Shown one piece after another: positions 38,716 to 51,410 of a stretch of 64,000 nucleotides of DNA (position 1 is the stretch's first letter; each line of letters starts with the position of its first letter). This DNA comes from Octopus sinensis (taxonomy: Eukaryota). The position numbers were made by a program, and so were the translations under genes. Below the pieces are notes generated by a model. It searched no databases and had not been told where the DNA came from. It saw only the letters and a program-made list of their open reading frames with translations. Where the stretch lies: assembly GCF_006345805.1 (NCBI RefSeq), contig NC_043000.1, positions 108,314,001 to 108,378,000 of the forward strand. Reading direction: 5' to 3'.

Positions 38716-39769
38716 TGCACACACACATGCAGGCTTTCACAAATATATATACAAATATTAAGATCGACATAATCAAGTGGTTGAGAATGTTCTACTAAAA
38801 TATTCCTTGATCGTCCACAGAACAGAGCTAGCTATACACTTGATGGAGATGTACAATCTCAAATACGAAATCAATGCTACGTGCCAGTTCAAAATTGAGC
38901 TTTATTGAAGTTACAAATCTAATTATCGAACAAATATTGTAGGTTTCTTTTTGTATCGCTAAAGAGATCCATTTCAAATATCTCATTGTAGATTTATAAT
39001 GAGCGAGTATATTTTTACTTTTCATTATTCTGCCCAACTTTCATTATTATACTATTGATTATTTTGATTCAAACCCAACGACAATTTTTGAAGATGATGT
39101 TTAAATGTTTCAATCCATCTAAGAAGTTCTCTGGGATTATCCAATTTCTTTTTACGTACATAGGAAGAATGAAAACTTAAATCGAGTTCAAAAAGAATTT
39201 AATTCTCAAAGGTGGATGACGAACCTGAGTACGATCAGATAAACGATATATGTTGTTGTACAATGTAGCTCGAATCAGAAGTGTTGAAATAGATTTTAGG
39301 TTTAAGTTTCGAAAGTGATTGGCTGTCGTAGAGTGCTGTGTAAAATGTAAACATTCCTTTCATATAATAGATGGACGGAAAATGAGGGAGACGTCTCCTG
39401 ACAAACCATTTCGCGGTTTGTTGATCGCTCTTCAGAGTGGATTCTCCTTCCTGATCTCCGTAGCCAATCAATAGTATAACTGTCAGCTACTATGAGATTT
39501 TCTCAAACTAAATTTTTACTACAACTCATATGCTTGTATGTATTCCACCAGTCAAGACAAGATCTAAATTCATACCCGTCCATTCTCGAATAGATTTCAC
39601 TGACAGTAAGAAATTCAAATATTATTAATATAATTTTTAAATGCTTGTTTTTGTATTTCTGTAGTTCAATGTTTTCCTTGATTACTTTAAAATAATTCTC
39701 GATTATCTTCACCCGATTAGAATGTTTTATCTATTTATTCTTTTTATTTTACAAAGATTCGTTTGGGTC

Positions 39770-40445
39770 CAATAACCTCTTGTCAGGTGTGGGAGGAATG
39801 TGTTGTATCTTATTGTTGCATTCCCTATTTGTCGGTATAATCCCGAGTCCTCCCGGGCGGACCGTCGAGCAGAGTCCCAGTTAGTCCTCATATCCTCGAG
39901 ATACCTCCTCATCTGCCGCGACCATATGGATTGAGGTCGACCAACACGAGCCGTCAACCCAGTCTGATCTTCAGTTAAGAGAATATGGTAAGCAGGGTCT
40001 GACTCAGAAAATCGAGCAACATGGCCAGACTGTCTGAGTTGACGTTCATACAAGTAATAGGACGCATCCCACTTTCTCAGTAGAGTCGTTGACCGGATAA
40101 AAGATCTGACCAATGGTAACCCATAATCCTGAGAAGCATCCTGGTACCAAAGGTGTTCAGGCTGTTCCTAAGGGCCCCGGAGAATGTCCAAGCTTCACAA
40201 GTATAAAGCAGGACAGGAAGGGCCTAAGGACCAGAGACCTAAGTACCTGAGCCAATATCCTGCTGTTCAGATATCGACAGTTCCAAACACCCTGGCTCAA
40301 TGAGTTCACAACTGCACCGGCTCGTCCAAGTCTTTTTAGGATTTCAGACCCACAGCTAAGGCTGCTATGAATCTCACTACTGAAATAAGTGAAGCAGTCA
40401 ACAACTTCGACTCACTCACTTGCAACAGAAATCGACGAGTACTCC
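39770..40445 (-). mobile_element. 5'-truncated RTE-clade LINE 3' end
   Basis: LPVLLYTCEAWT..RQLRQSGHVARFSESDPAYHILL..GRPQSIW.., typical RTE post-RT motifs, with frameshifts. Confidence 0.85.
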
Positions 40446-41227
40446 AAAATAAACTCATTGGTTTCTAATTTTTGTAATCCTAAGTACAGCTAAATGCAAA
40501 TTTGTATTCTGTAAAATGGACATGCTTTTAAGTACCTCATTTTATTTTTGTATAAATTTTATTTTTGAGATTTTATATTAATTTGTACAAATTTACATTC
40601 TTAATTATCTTTACAAACTTTCTCCATGTATTATTTTGTTCTGCATATGTGAGTACACAAAAAATAAAGACAAAGGATATATAATTGCATAGTGGGATCC
40701 AAGTGGTCATTCAAAATTTCAGACCATTCTCAGGACAGCAAATTATAAGCGTTTTGGCATTCGACATTTGAAAGTTTGCATAGTTTGTATTCTTCCTGGT
40801 AAGACGATACCAAATATAGCTCCGTAAATTTGTTCCCTTGTGGTTACTGTAATATAAAAGACACTCATATACAGTGTGTGGGTGTTGGCTCATGCATTAC
40901 GGATGCATGTGGTTTTGAAAAAGTTCTGGTATTCCTGCAAAGTCATATATCATACAGCAGCGAAAACAAAGCTTTGTGTTCCAATAGGCTATAAACATGT
41001 ACACCTGTTGCTGTTATAGCCAAAATGTCTTCTGTGTTGTAACAGGTTGATATGTCGTATATATACGTATGTATGTGCCATGTGTGTATGTGTATGTTTA
41101 CATAAATATACATACTATATATATATATACACACATACATATTACATATATGTGTATTTGTGCGTGTGTAAGCTAACATATCATATGCTTAAAGGTGTAT
41201 GTGTGCGTGTTTGTGTGCGTATGTCTA

Positions 41228-41342
<115 letters not shown>

Positions 41343-41499
41343 ATGTATCTATTAAGAATAATAAAGAATATATGTGTATTAAGGAGCAGAATGAATTGCT
41401 ATCTTAGCTTCACGGGTTACAATTCTCACAAATGGTTTCGATAATTGCTAATGGTTAGCATACATCTGTTTTTGTAAATAGTTTGTACATATTTTCAAC

Positions 41500-42302
41500 T
41501 GTATTTTATTTGACTTTCCACTTTACATGTTTTTTTAAACTTATATGTTTTATGTTCGCTGAAACCGACGTAAAGTCGGATAAATCGACTTAAGTTAAGG
41601 TTTTTCTCCCCGTTAATTTCTTTTTAAATTCAGTTGAACTGGTCGAGTATGTGATGGGACACATTGATCGAAGAGAGATGGCGTACAATCATGATAACCA
41701 TTTTCCTCAATCTAACTTGTTTATTATGTTATTTAGACATAACTTTAGGTCTGTCATGAGGCCTAGGACTCATAAAGCCGGAACTTAATCCGGTTTCCAA
41801 GGTGATTAATTAACTGAAATTACAACCGTTCCCGGTTAACGGGACTCCGGTCCCTCTCAAGTTTAAGCTCGCAGCTATTGACGAAACTCGTACAGAGCTG
41901 AGTGAGCTGTAGATGCTTGACATGAAACGTTTCGCTCCCGAATACAACATACAACCCAATCCCGTAATCAAAATCACAATTTTACGATTGTGAGCGAAAC
42001 ATCCTAATCCCTAACCATGTGCCTTCACACTACGTTACTTCGTGCTCCAAAACTGTACACAATTCCATTTAACGTAATAAATATATATAGTTTCTATACC
42101 CCAGCTTGCGATATGCAGGCGTACATCATCTTAGGTTGTTTTGAGTTACATGGTTTTTTGAAGAAATTATTGAGGGAAAAAGAACCCCTCAACTTTCGTC
42201 GTTTTATCCGACTTTACGTCGGTCTCGGCTACCATACTTAAAAACATAAAAGTTTAAAAAAACTAAAAGCTAATACTGAAGTGGAAAATCAAATAAAATA
42301 CA
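41500..42302. mobile_element. Inverted-repeat (MITE-like) element with ~140-bp arms
   Basis: accgacgtaaagtcggata (41564-41582) mirrors tatccgactttacgtcggt (42205-42223); tgtattttatttga..ttcca (41500) mirrors gtggaaaatcaaataaaataca (42281-42302). Confidence 0.75.
41760..42030 (-). mobile_element. Highly decayed older tRNA-derived SINE nested in the inverted-repeat element
   Basis: Remnants ccggtttcc..ggtg.., aaacgtttcgctc..aacac.., ctaaccat..gcc resemble Nin/Deu-type SINE bodies in reverse. Confidence 0.4.
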
Positions 42303-43313
42303 TGTCAAAATAAGCAAAAGCCATTTATTTAAACATATATAGGCTGATAAACATTTTACAAAGATTTTACGTGTTATGCCGTTTCCGAGTTTTCGAAACA
42401 ATTACAGTCGTAAGTTGCTGTAGCCTGTACAGTAAAGCCAGTATTTCATGTTCTTGTTATTATCAACATAGATAAAAGGAAATATAAACAAAATATGCTA
42501 GATTGTTTCAAGATATTAACTTGCACTGTCTCTGAAGATTTACTCTGGCAGTAAATCTTAAAAATACAGTTTATATGGCGTGACTAATAATCACTTTATG
42601 TTAATGACATGTGCGTAAGATAGTGTACTTAAGTGCCTCATAAACAAATTCACGTGTTTTATTTTTATTTCTTTAGAGAGAAAATATACTTAAATGGGCT
42701 ATGGAAAGAAAGTGAGAAAGATAGACTGGGAGCGGGAGAGACAAAAAGAATGAGAGTCAGGCAGAAGAACTGAATTGTGATGTGGTTATTCTATAGATAA
42801 GGATCGATGATATCGATCAATTGCGAAAGAAACACATCAAATCTGTCCTGCTCCTGACCCGCCATATTTATAATGGTTTTCTTCGACTCTTTAAAAATCA
42901 TTTAAGTGCGCTTGAAATGCCCAGTCGTTTTCAAGTGGTAGTTAATCTTTTCCTTCGGAGATTAAGTTTGCAATAGTGCTTGCGAATGATGCCCCAAGCT
43001 TATCATCGCAACGTCCTTTATCTAATTATCATTTTGAGTATGAAACCTTGAATATTGAACAAACAAGAGATCGATCATAGCTTTTATCTATATAACACAT
43101 TTTCTATCTTTTGGCTTTTAACATCAACTTTTTTCCAAAGTACATTTTGGTGATATTAAATTCTAACGCTTTGATTAGAATGGATATTTCCTATCATTAT
43201 GAAAAAGTTATGATTCAACACCTATTTAGGTTCTGCCTCGGGGAAAATGCTTCTAAATAATGACACAATGGAGGAAACTTACTTTTCATATAGAATGAAT
43301 ACATACATACGTT

Positions 43314-43383
<70 letters not shown>

Positions 43384-43484
43384 TGTATTTATGCATGTAT
43401 GCATGTAAGTATCAATGTATGCATATATGTATTATATATGTATACATATGTATATATGTAAGGATATACGTGTATATATATATA

Positions 43485-43532
<48 letters not shown>

Positions 43533-43832
43533 CATATATGCATGTATGTTTGGATTTATAAACCTTATATATAGGTGTATTCATAAAATTAATGTTAGCA
43601 CTTAAGAATACACACAAGCTTATATTGTGTGTGTATTTTTATGCGATTCTGTTTTTCTATAGCCATAAACACATAAATGCTGAAAATGTTTGTTGATTCT
43701 TCCATGAAAACTTTTACCCCGAGGTTAGTGAAAAAAAAATCTAGGGGTTAAAAGCTGTAGGTTGTGTTCTGGCAACAATGCATGCAGAAACACAAACATT
43801 AACGCGCAAGCACAAACACACACACACATACA

Positions 43833-43863
<31 letters not shown>

Positions 43864-44429
43864 CACGCGCACAAGCATGCATACAATAAGTTGGTTCAAT
43901 CTAGCGGTTTGTTTGAATGTGTTCAAGAATAAAACTTGTGTAAATATCGATGCAATAATAATAGTGATTTGATGGTATCAGGAACCATTAAATTGCCATT
44001 ATTGATTGCTTATAAATTTTAGATTTGTTTTTGGTTTCAGCAAATAATATCCCCATCATTCTAGATTATTCAACATCTCGTGAATTTTTTTTCTGTTTTT
44101 TTTTTTTAAGCGAACGAAGTACACTTACTTCATTTACAGTTTATCTCCAAATTATTTCAGTCAGTTATATGAAAGTTCATTACTTTACCATGGCGGTGCT
44201 CCAGCATGGCCACAGCTCGTGAGCTGAAACTAGATGAAATAGATAAATAAAATAAATAAATAGGTGTACACTGTTAGAGTACAGCAGTTTTAAATTAAAC
44301 TCAGAGTATTGAAATTTAGTAAGCTTCGACAATCTTTCAATACATGATTTAATTATGTTTTGAATCTGTGTGTAGCGTCATCTTAATAGGAAGTGAATTG
44401 ATGTTACCTTAACTGAGCTATACTGGTCT

Positions 44430-44583
44430 TAAACTTCAGCACAAGGCCAGCAATTTCGAGGCAGGGTGCAAGTCAATTACATCGACCCCGGTACTTAACT
44501 GGATGAATGGCAAAGTCGAATTCGATATTTGAGCTAAGCATTTTGCCCTGGCGTACTAACGATTTTTCAAACTCGCTGCCTTA
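44430..44583 (-). mobile_element. OK-like SINE with internal deletions
   Basis: gcacaaggccagcaatttc..caattacatcgacccc..gctaagcattttgcc..actcgctgcctt. Confidence 0.8.
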
Positions 44584-45067
44584 ATTTACCTCAATTATAT
44601 CAAAATCCAATAACTTACAATTTTTATATTACCTCATCTCAAAAGGGCCCGAACTCTTGATACATTCGACAGTCGATTTCTAGTATAATTTTGTTAAAAA
44701 AAAACACTCACTAAGGGCAGGTGATTTGAAAGCGATTTTCATTTTGAGATTGTATCTTTAAAATAATTTCCTCATGGTAAACATTATCACAAGCATGGTT
44801 GGCTGTTCAAAGAACTCATTTGATATGTACGTGGTTTGAGTTTAATCCATTACGCAGCACTTCAAGCTACTATTTTATATCACTTAGTATCGACTAAAGC
44901 ATTTTGTGTGTGAAATTTGTTTTATAAAAATTGTGTGGAAGTTAGCAGGGAATTGTTCTTCTTGAATTATAGGCTTAATCCATCATCCAAGACCACATAA
45001 CCTTTGAGTACCGTAATGGAGTATAATTTGTTGCAAGCATCTGGGAAGGTTTTCAGCCTAATACTCA

Positions 45068-45298
45068 TTTCTTTACTACCCACAAGGGGCTAAACACAGA
45101 AGGGACAAACAAGGACAGACAAACGGAATAAGTCGATTATATCGACCCCAGTGAGGATCTGGTACTTATTTAATCGAGCCCGAAAGGATGAAAGGCAAAG
45201 TCGACCTCGGCGGAATTTGAACTCAGAATGTAGCGGCAGATGAAATACCGCTGAGCATTTCGCCCGGCGTACTAACGTTTCTGCCAGCTCGCCGCCTT
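45068..45298 (-). mobile_element. OK-like SINE, complete and young
   Basis: Full tail-core-head ending ctgccagctcgccgcctt. Confidence 0.95.
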
Positions 45299-45359
45299 TT
45301 CAGTCTAATACCGTCTTCATCTCCCCAATCTCTGAAATCCTGAAAAGTTTATTATATAC

Positions 45360-45360
45360 A

Positions 45361-45415
<55 letters not shown>

Positions 45416-45462
45416 ATATCTATATATCTATCTATCTATCTCTCTATCTATATATATATATA

Positions 45463-45500
<38 letters not shown>

Positions 45501-45566
45501 AATCCATCTATCTATCTATCTATCTATCCATCCATCTATCCATGTATCCATCTATCAATCTATTAT

Positions 45567-45628
<62 letters not shown>

Positions 45629-45680
45629 CATCCGTTTGTCTAACTATCTGTCTGTCTCTATCTATCAATTTATCTCTCCT
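45360..45680. repeat. (ATCT)n/(GTCT)n array
   Basis: Seen directly. Confidence 0.97.
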
Positions 45681-48600
45681 TATGTATATATATTAATAAA
45701 ATAATTCCTATTGTATGGTTTTGCAATGATTATTTATCCAATCAGCACAGCTGTCTGTTTTATAGACAAGATCCCAGCAGGATCTTGTCTATAACTAGAG
45801 GAAATAACTCATGTTATCAGTTATATACAAGTTAATAAATATTTCAACTAGAATATAATTGCCATCCTGCTGTTATATTTAACTTGAATATTTTGAACAG
45901 AAATCTTTTAGACAATTGTTTGAATACAATTTGAGTTGAGGCAAAATATTAATATAATTGTTCACTTGAATAGCTATCACTGTTATATGACATATGAACG
46001 GGTGAAAATGTGAATTATATTTAAATATGATAAAGATCTAACTTAATGCTGAAAGTCAGGGTTATTTAATCTCGTTTCATTTCTCTTCAGTCGGTGATTC
46101 CAAATCGCTGAGGATTGAATTACTAAATCACAGCAATTTCGTCATATATAACAACGCTTTACTCATGAATCAAAGAAGCTATAACAAGTTTGTTTAATTT
46201 TCTAGAAAAGTAGCCAGATCTCACTCTTATCACAGACTAACATTTTTAGAATGGGGATTGACATATGTTTTCGAAAGAATATAGGATGATGTCGACTGGA
46301 TTGATTTTGATAGTAGGTCTTTCCTTGCAGGACTTCTGTGGGTCTTAACAATAAAAACGTTTTGCCAAAGTACTCTGAGAACATGATCATCATTTCAATT
46401 ATCATATCCATCTTCATTAAAATAGATAAACACAGTAAGAGATCGCCTTAAGCTTCAGTCTTGAGTAATTATAATCTCATACAAAACTGAATTCTTCATC
46501 AAGAATCACCAAGTACAGAAACACTGAATGTAGCAAGGGACTTCCATCCTAGTGTCGATAATATCAATAATCTTTTCTATGATCTAAAAATGCTTAACGG
46601 CACTGAACAATATTGAGAATTATTGAGCACTATATACAATAATTTTATTATTACTATTATTATAATGTTTTGATCTCTATCCTCGCCCTGGGAATGTAAG
46701 AACAGTTTGTTCCATTTTGCGTTGTTCTTCGAGGTTAAATACTTTTCGAGAGAAATTATATTACCTGAAATTCCTACACGCTAGTCCAAATATCTCTTGT
46801 TTTGTTTTTTCTTTTAATTTAATTTTTTTTTTTGTGATAGCAGATTATCAATTATACACGTTACTATTAATACCTTCAAGAGGACGTACATGAGAGTGAT
46901 GAGACCTCAGTGTCCAAGTCAAATAAAACGCATATATATTGTCAGCATTTCAAATTTCAACTCTTTTTTTGCTTACTGTTTACGCTAAATCCACTATAGC
47001 AGTCGATTAATATAATTATCTGAAGGAATCAACTTCCTATCTATTTCCTGGTCTGGAAACTTTAGAAATATTTCTGACCACATAAAACATGGGAGCCATA
47101 GAACATAGAACATAACCAGATTTTCTACATAGTCTAAAAGTATGTGCCATGAGACAATAAATTCTTCCCGTTTCTTTTATTATAAAATTAATCCATTACA
47201 TCTTTCATTTAAATTTACTATAAAGTGGAAAGAATGCGATTCAGGATAACTGACTTTACTTTACTCTGGATTATTTGAAATGCAACAAGTTGGTTCCAAG
47301 TTGAGATTGAATAACAAAATATTTTGAAAACGCAGGATGTTTGGTGATTAAAAAGCTACTGAATGATTAAATCTACGATCTAAAATAACGTTTATTCACA
47401 CCTGCAAGATTCAGAATGGAAGACCTGTGACGACAGCTTGCATAAGTTTTGTATTTACAAGTTTAGCTGAAAATTTCAGGCGTAAGAAAAGTTATAAAGA
47501 GAAATGTGCTCAAGAAATATGATGGGAAAAACTGCAGCCTGGAAATGATATAAAGCCAACGTACTTAGCGGGAATTAAAAGATAGTCACGGCGCAGATAT
47601 AGAGAATTATATTCAGTAAATATATGCAAAGAGCTAAAGTGTTCAATGGAATAAAGTTAATTAGTATTGGCAAGCATATTCATATTATATTGAAGAACGA
47701 GAAGTTTCGATGTAGGAATAATTTCATTGCATTAAAAACAGAAAGCCACTGGTTTGTAATGTTGTACGCCATACTATGTTGCCATGATGCCATAGATGTA
47801 TTAAATTGGCACTCTACTGAAGAGGTAAAATGATAAAACGTAATATTTTTAAAAACGTTATAATGAAATAGCTTTAAAGAAAATTGCCAAATGTTAGAAA
47901 ATCTTCATTTGAATTCATGAAAATTTGTGAAGATCCGGCAAAGGCGACAAATTTATATTACACTAGAAAATGCACGTGCTCATAAATACATCATGCATAT
48001 TCATAGCATGCTTCCTATCTACGAAGCTGTTTCAAGAGAGTTGCATCACTTAATTTTAAGATAATTTTAAATGTAAGATATTTTCTATTTAATATATTTA
48101 TATAATACTCTCTATGGTGACCAGTGTAATGCACTGAGTTATCAATTAGACACAGAGGGTGTGGGGATGTACACAACTAAAAACGACCGGAGTACTGGCA
48201 TAAAATGTTGCGTGCAGTTACGCTTCTCTGGAAACGTGTAGGCCATCCAATGGGCCAATTATGCAGGAATATTTTCCTCTGTGTGTTTTCCAAATCTATA
48301 AATTACTTTTAGTTCAGTGCTTTGAACTAAATAAAACTTTTTCAGTTAAACAGACCTTATGTTGCTGATATTCGCGAGTTATGTCATAAATTTGGTGAGA
48401 TGTATCGTAACTAACGGGATATATTTCGTAGTCTGCGCCATTAGAAATTAAGTTTGTTTTCTTCAAAAGCAGTTCGTTTCCATTGTTTGAAGACGAAGTA
48501 ACGACCTTTGTGATTAAAGAATAAGACTGAGTTTTTCATGAAGAAAAGACATTCAGTTAGTTTCATATTGAATAAAGATATCATACAATTCATTTTTATT

Positions 48601-49233
48601 CAAATTTAATTTCGAAGTCATCTCCTTTACTTTTCTTGACAAAAAATTGTCATTAGTGCTAATGGATTTTTCTTGTCGTTAGTTAGAATATTGTTTTAGT
48701 TCACTACACTAAATATGTTAGCCTACACTTAATTACATGTCCTCCACGCAGGAGCCATCCATGAGATATTTCTAATGTCATTGCTTTATAAGTGAATAAT
48801 TATCACGCATTAATTATATCATCGTAATTCATTCTAAGAGCTGGTTGATTATCCTTCCATGACAATGTTTAATAAGCTCGAAATACTCCCAGTGTTGTCA
48901 TCATTCCTTGCAAAGATTTAACTCGCTTCAACTGGTTTTAAATTTTGATTGTTTGAATTTTGACTGTTCTCTCCCTTTACCCTATAGTGAAAATAATTGC
49001 CGTTAAATATTTTCTTATCATTACAAATATTATTTCAATTGATAAGTTATGTTGTAATCCTTTTTGTCCCACTAATATTAGAATACTACGTCGTACTTAA
49101 CTAACAAAATATTTTATAATTTTCCATTCCATTTGTAATTTTGGAAAATTTGATTCAGCAAGTACATTAGTAGAGTCAGCGATACATAAAATATCGGTAG
49201 GGTCCAAGAGGTTACTCTGCAAAAAAAAAAAAA

Positions 49234-49399
49234 GGAGTGGCTGTGTGGTAAGTAGCTTGCTTACCAACCACATGGTTCCGGGTTCAGTCCCACTGCGTGC
49301 CACCTTGGGCAAATGTTTTCTACTATAGCCTCGGGCCGACCAAAGCTTTGTGAGTGGATTTGGGAGACGAAAACTGAAAGAAGCCCGTCGTATATATAA

Positions 49400-49457
<58 letters not shown>

Positions 49458-49676
49458 GTATGTGTATGTTTGTGTGTCTGTTTGCCCCCCCTCCCCCAAC
49501 AGCGCTTGACAACCGATGGTGGTGTGTTTACGTCCACATAACTTAGCGGTTCGACAAAAGAGATCGATAGAATAAATACTAGACGTACAAAGAATAAGTC
49601 CTGGATCGATTTGCTCGACTAAAGGCGGTGCTCCAGCATGGCCGCAGTCAAATGACTGAAACAAGTAATAGAGTAA
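49234..49676 (+). mobile_element. Full-length OR-like tRNA-derived SINE
   Basis: ggagtggctgtgtggtaagtagcttgc head, B-box gggttcagtcc, central (TG)n, tail gactgaaacaagtaatagagtaa; inserted after a poly-A run. Confidence 0.95.
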
Positions 49677-51410
49677 GTTTTCAAAAAAAATGTTATTACT
49701 CCATCTTTATTTTATTGTGTTAATATTTTCCATTTTGAACGATGTGATTACCAACAGTCCTTAGGTATATCTCCTTGATACATCTTAAACTGGATTGTTT
49801 ATGTACATTTTCTCCAATATCTAAGAATGTAATATGCTGTCAAAGACGTATCGGTAATCGATCCATGCTACACTGAGGTTGTAGCTTTTGTTTTGTCTTC
49901 AATAGCTACTTAGTGAAGATGCATGATCTAGTGGTTATGCTCACGATCATAATATCATGGTTTTAATTTCCATACTGGGAGGTGTGTGGTGTCCTTGAGA
50001 AAGCTGCTTCATTTCACATTGCTTAACTCTACTCAGCTGTAATCGTTAGCGCTTTGGAAAAATACCTTGCAGTATTTCCTCCGGGTTTCTACGTTCTGTG
50101 TTCAAACTGGCCAAAGTCTACTTTGCCTTTCACCCTTTCTAGTTCTGTAAAATGAAGTACCTGTCAAGTACTGAGATCAGCCCCCCTCTCACTCCCGTTG
50201 TTACATCCTGTATAATCCATTAGAAGGGCTGAAAAGATATTTGTGTCTGCTCGAGATTATATCAGCATCTAAAACAATGAACGAAAACATGGTACACCAT
50301 ACCAAACCATGCAGTTGCAAATACTGTACTTGTGCAATGACTGATGGGTTTACATCTGTAAATCCCATTCTGACAAATTTCCATTTCCTTCTAGATGAAT
50401 TATCTGTTGGAAATTATAGATATTGATTTTGTTGCTGTCTTTGTTGTTGTTGTTGTTGCTTAACCCTTTGTCAACACAAATGGAGTAAATTAATGACTAA
50501 AGGTATTCTTGGAATGACCATCTAGTATTTTGTATATTAGTGGCTGTATTGTGCAACGTATCTACCACACTTGTTTTTAAATGATACGTAGTGGCATGTC
50601 AACTTTGGAGAAACTCTTCTCCTCTTCTCATATGGACTTGGTCTCAGTTGCCATCCTCTAGAGTTGGAGATAATTTTAATAAATCAAGAATATATGATTT
50701 TTTGTTATTTGATATATCTTTGTTTAGAATGTATTTTAGGTTGTTATTTCTGGCATGCAGACCTCGAGAGGCTTCTTATTGATTCAATATTACGCTTTTA
50801 TATATATTGTTTGTTGGTGCTATTTTTTCTTGTTATGATGGTAGTGTTTTGAGCCCAGGCCAGCAATTAAAATTCAGTTGTTCCATCGTCTAAATTATCT
50901 GTCCTTGAATTTACGTGTAACTGGTTGAGCATTTTAGAGACATGTGTAACCTTAACATAAGTCACATGTAGCATCACACGTTGAGTGTGGCAAAACTGTA
51001 CCGTTTGAATTACAGGTATTATCTACCTGACGGGCTTCAGTAGATTTTCTGTCTAAACAATTTCACTCACAACAAATGAGTCGATCTGAAGCTATAAAAG
51101 CGACATTTGTTCAAGTTACCCCGCAAAGGGATAGAATCCAAGACCTCAATGTTTTGCGGTTCTCAATCTATTTGAGAGTAGGGAGAAAAGGAGTAGAAGG
51201 TTTTCCTAAAGCCTTTGGAATTGTAAGTCACTTAGAAGTTATTTCTGACCTACGTTAGTATTCTATTTAATGTGCTTGATATAGCATCATGTGGATATAT
51301 ATTGGGGTAAATATTTCTTTGCGGAAAATTATAACATTCTCGACTCCGGTTGCCGTGTCTTTTCTTTGCTAGCGATCATTCACTGCATTGTCGAAATCTC
51401 CGACTAATTA

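Noticed and set aside
39235-39471. 78-aa minus-strand ORF
   Set aside because: No recognisable motif or convincing splice sites; a faint mariner C-terminal resemblance is too weak to call.
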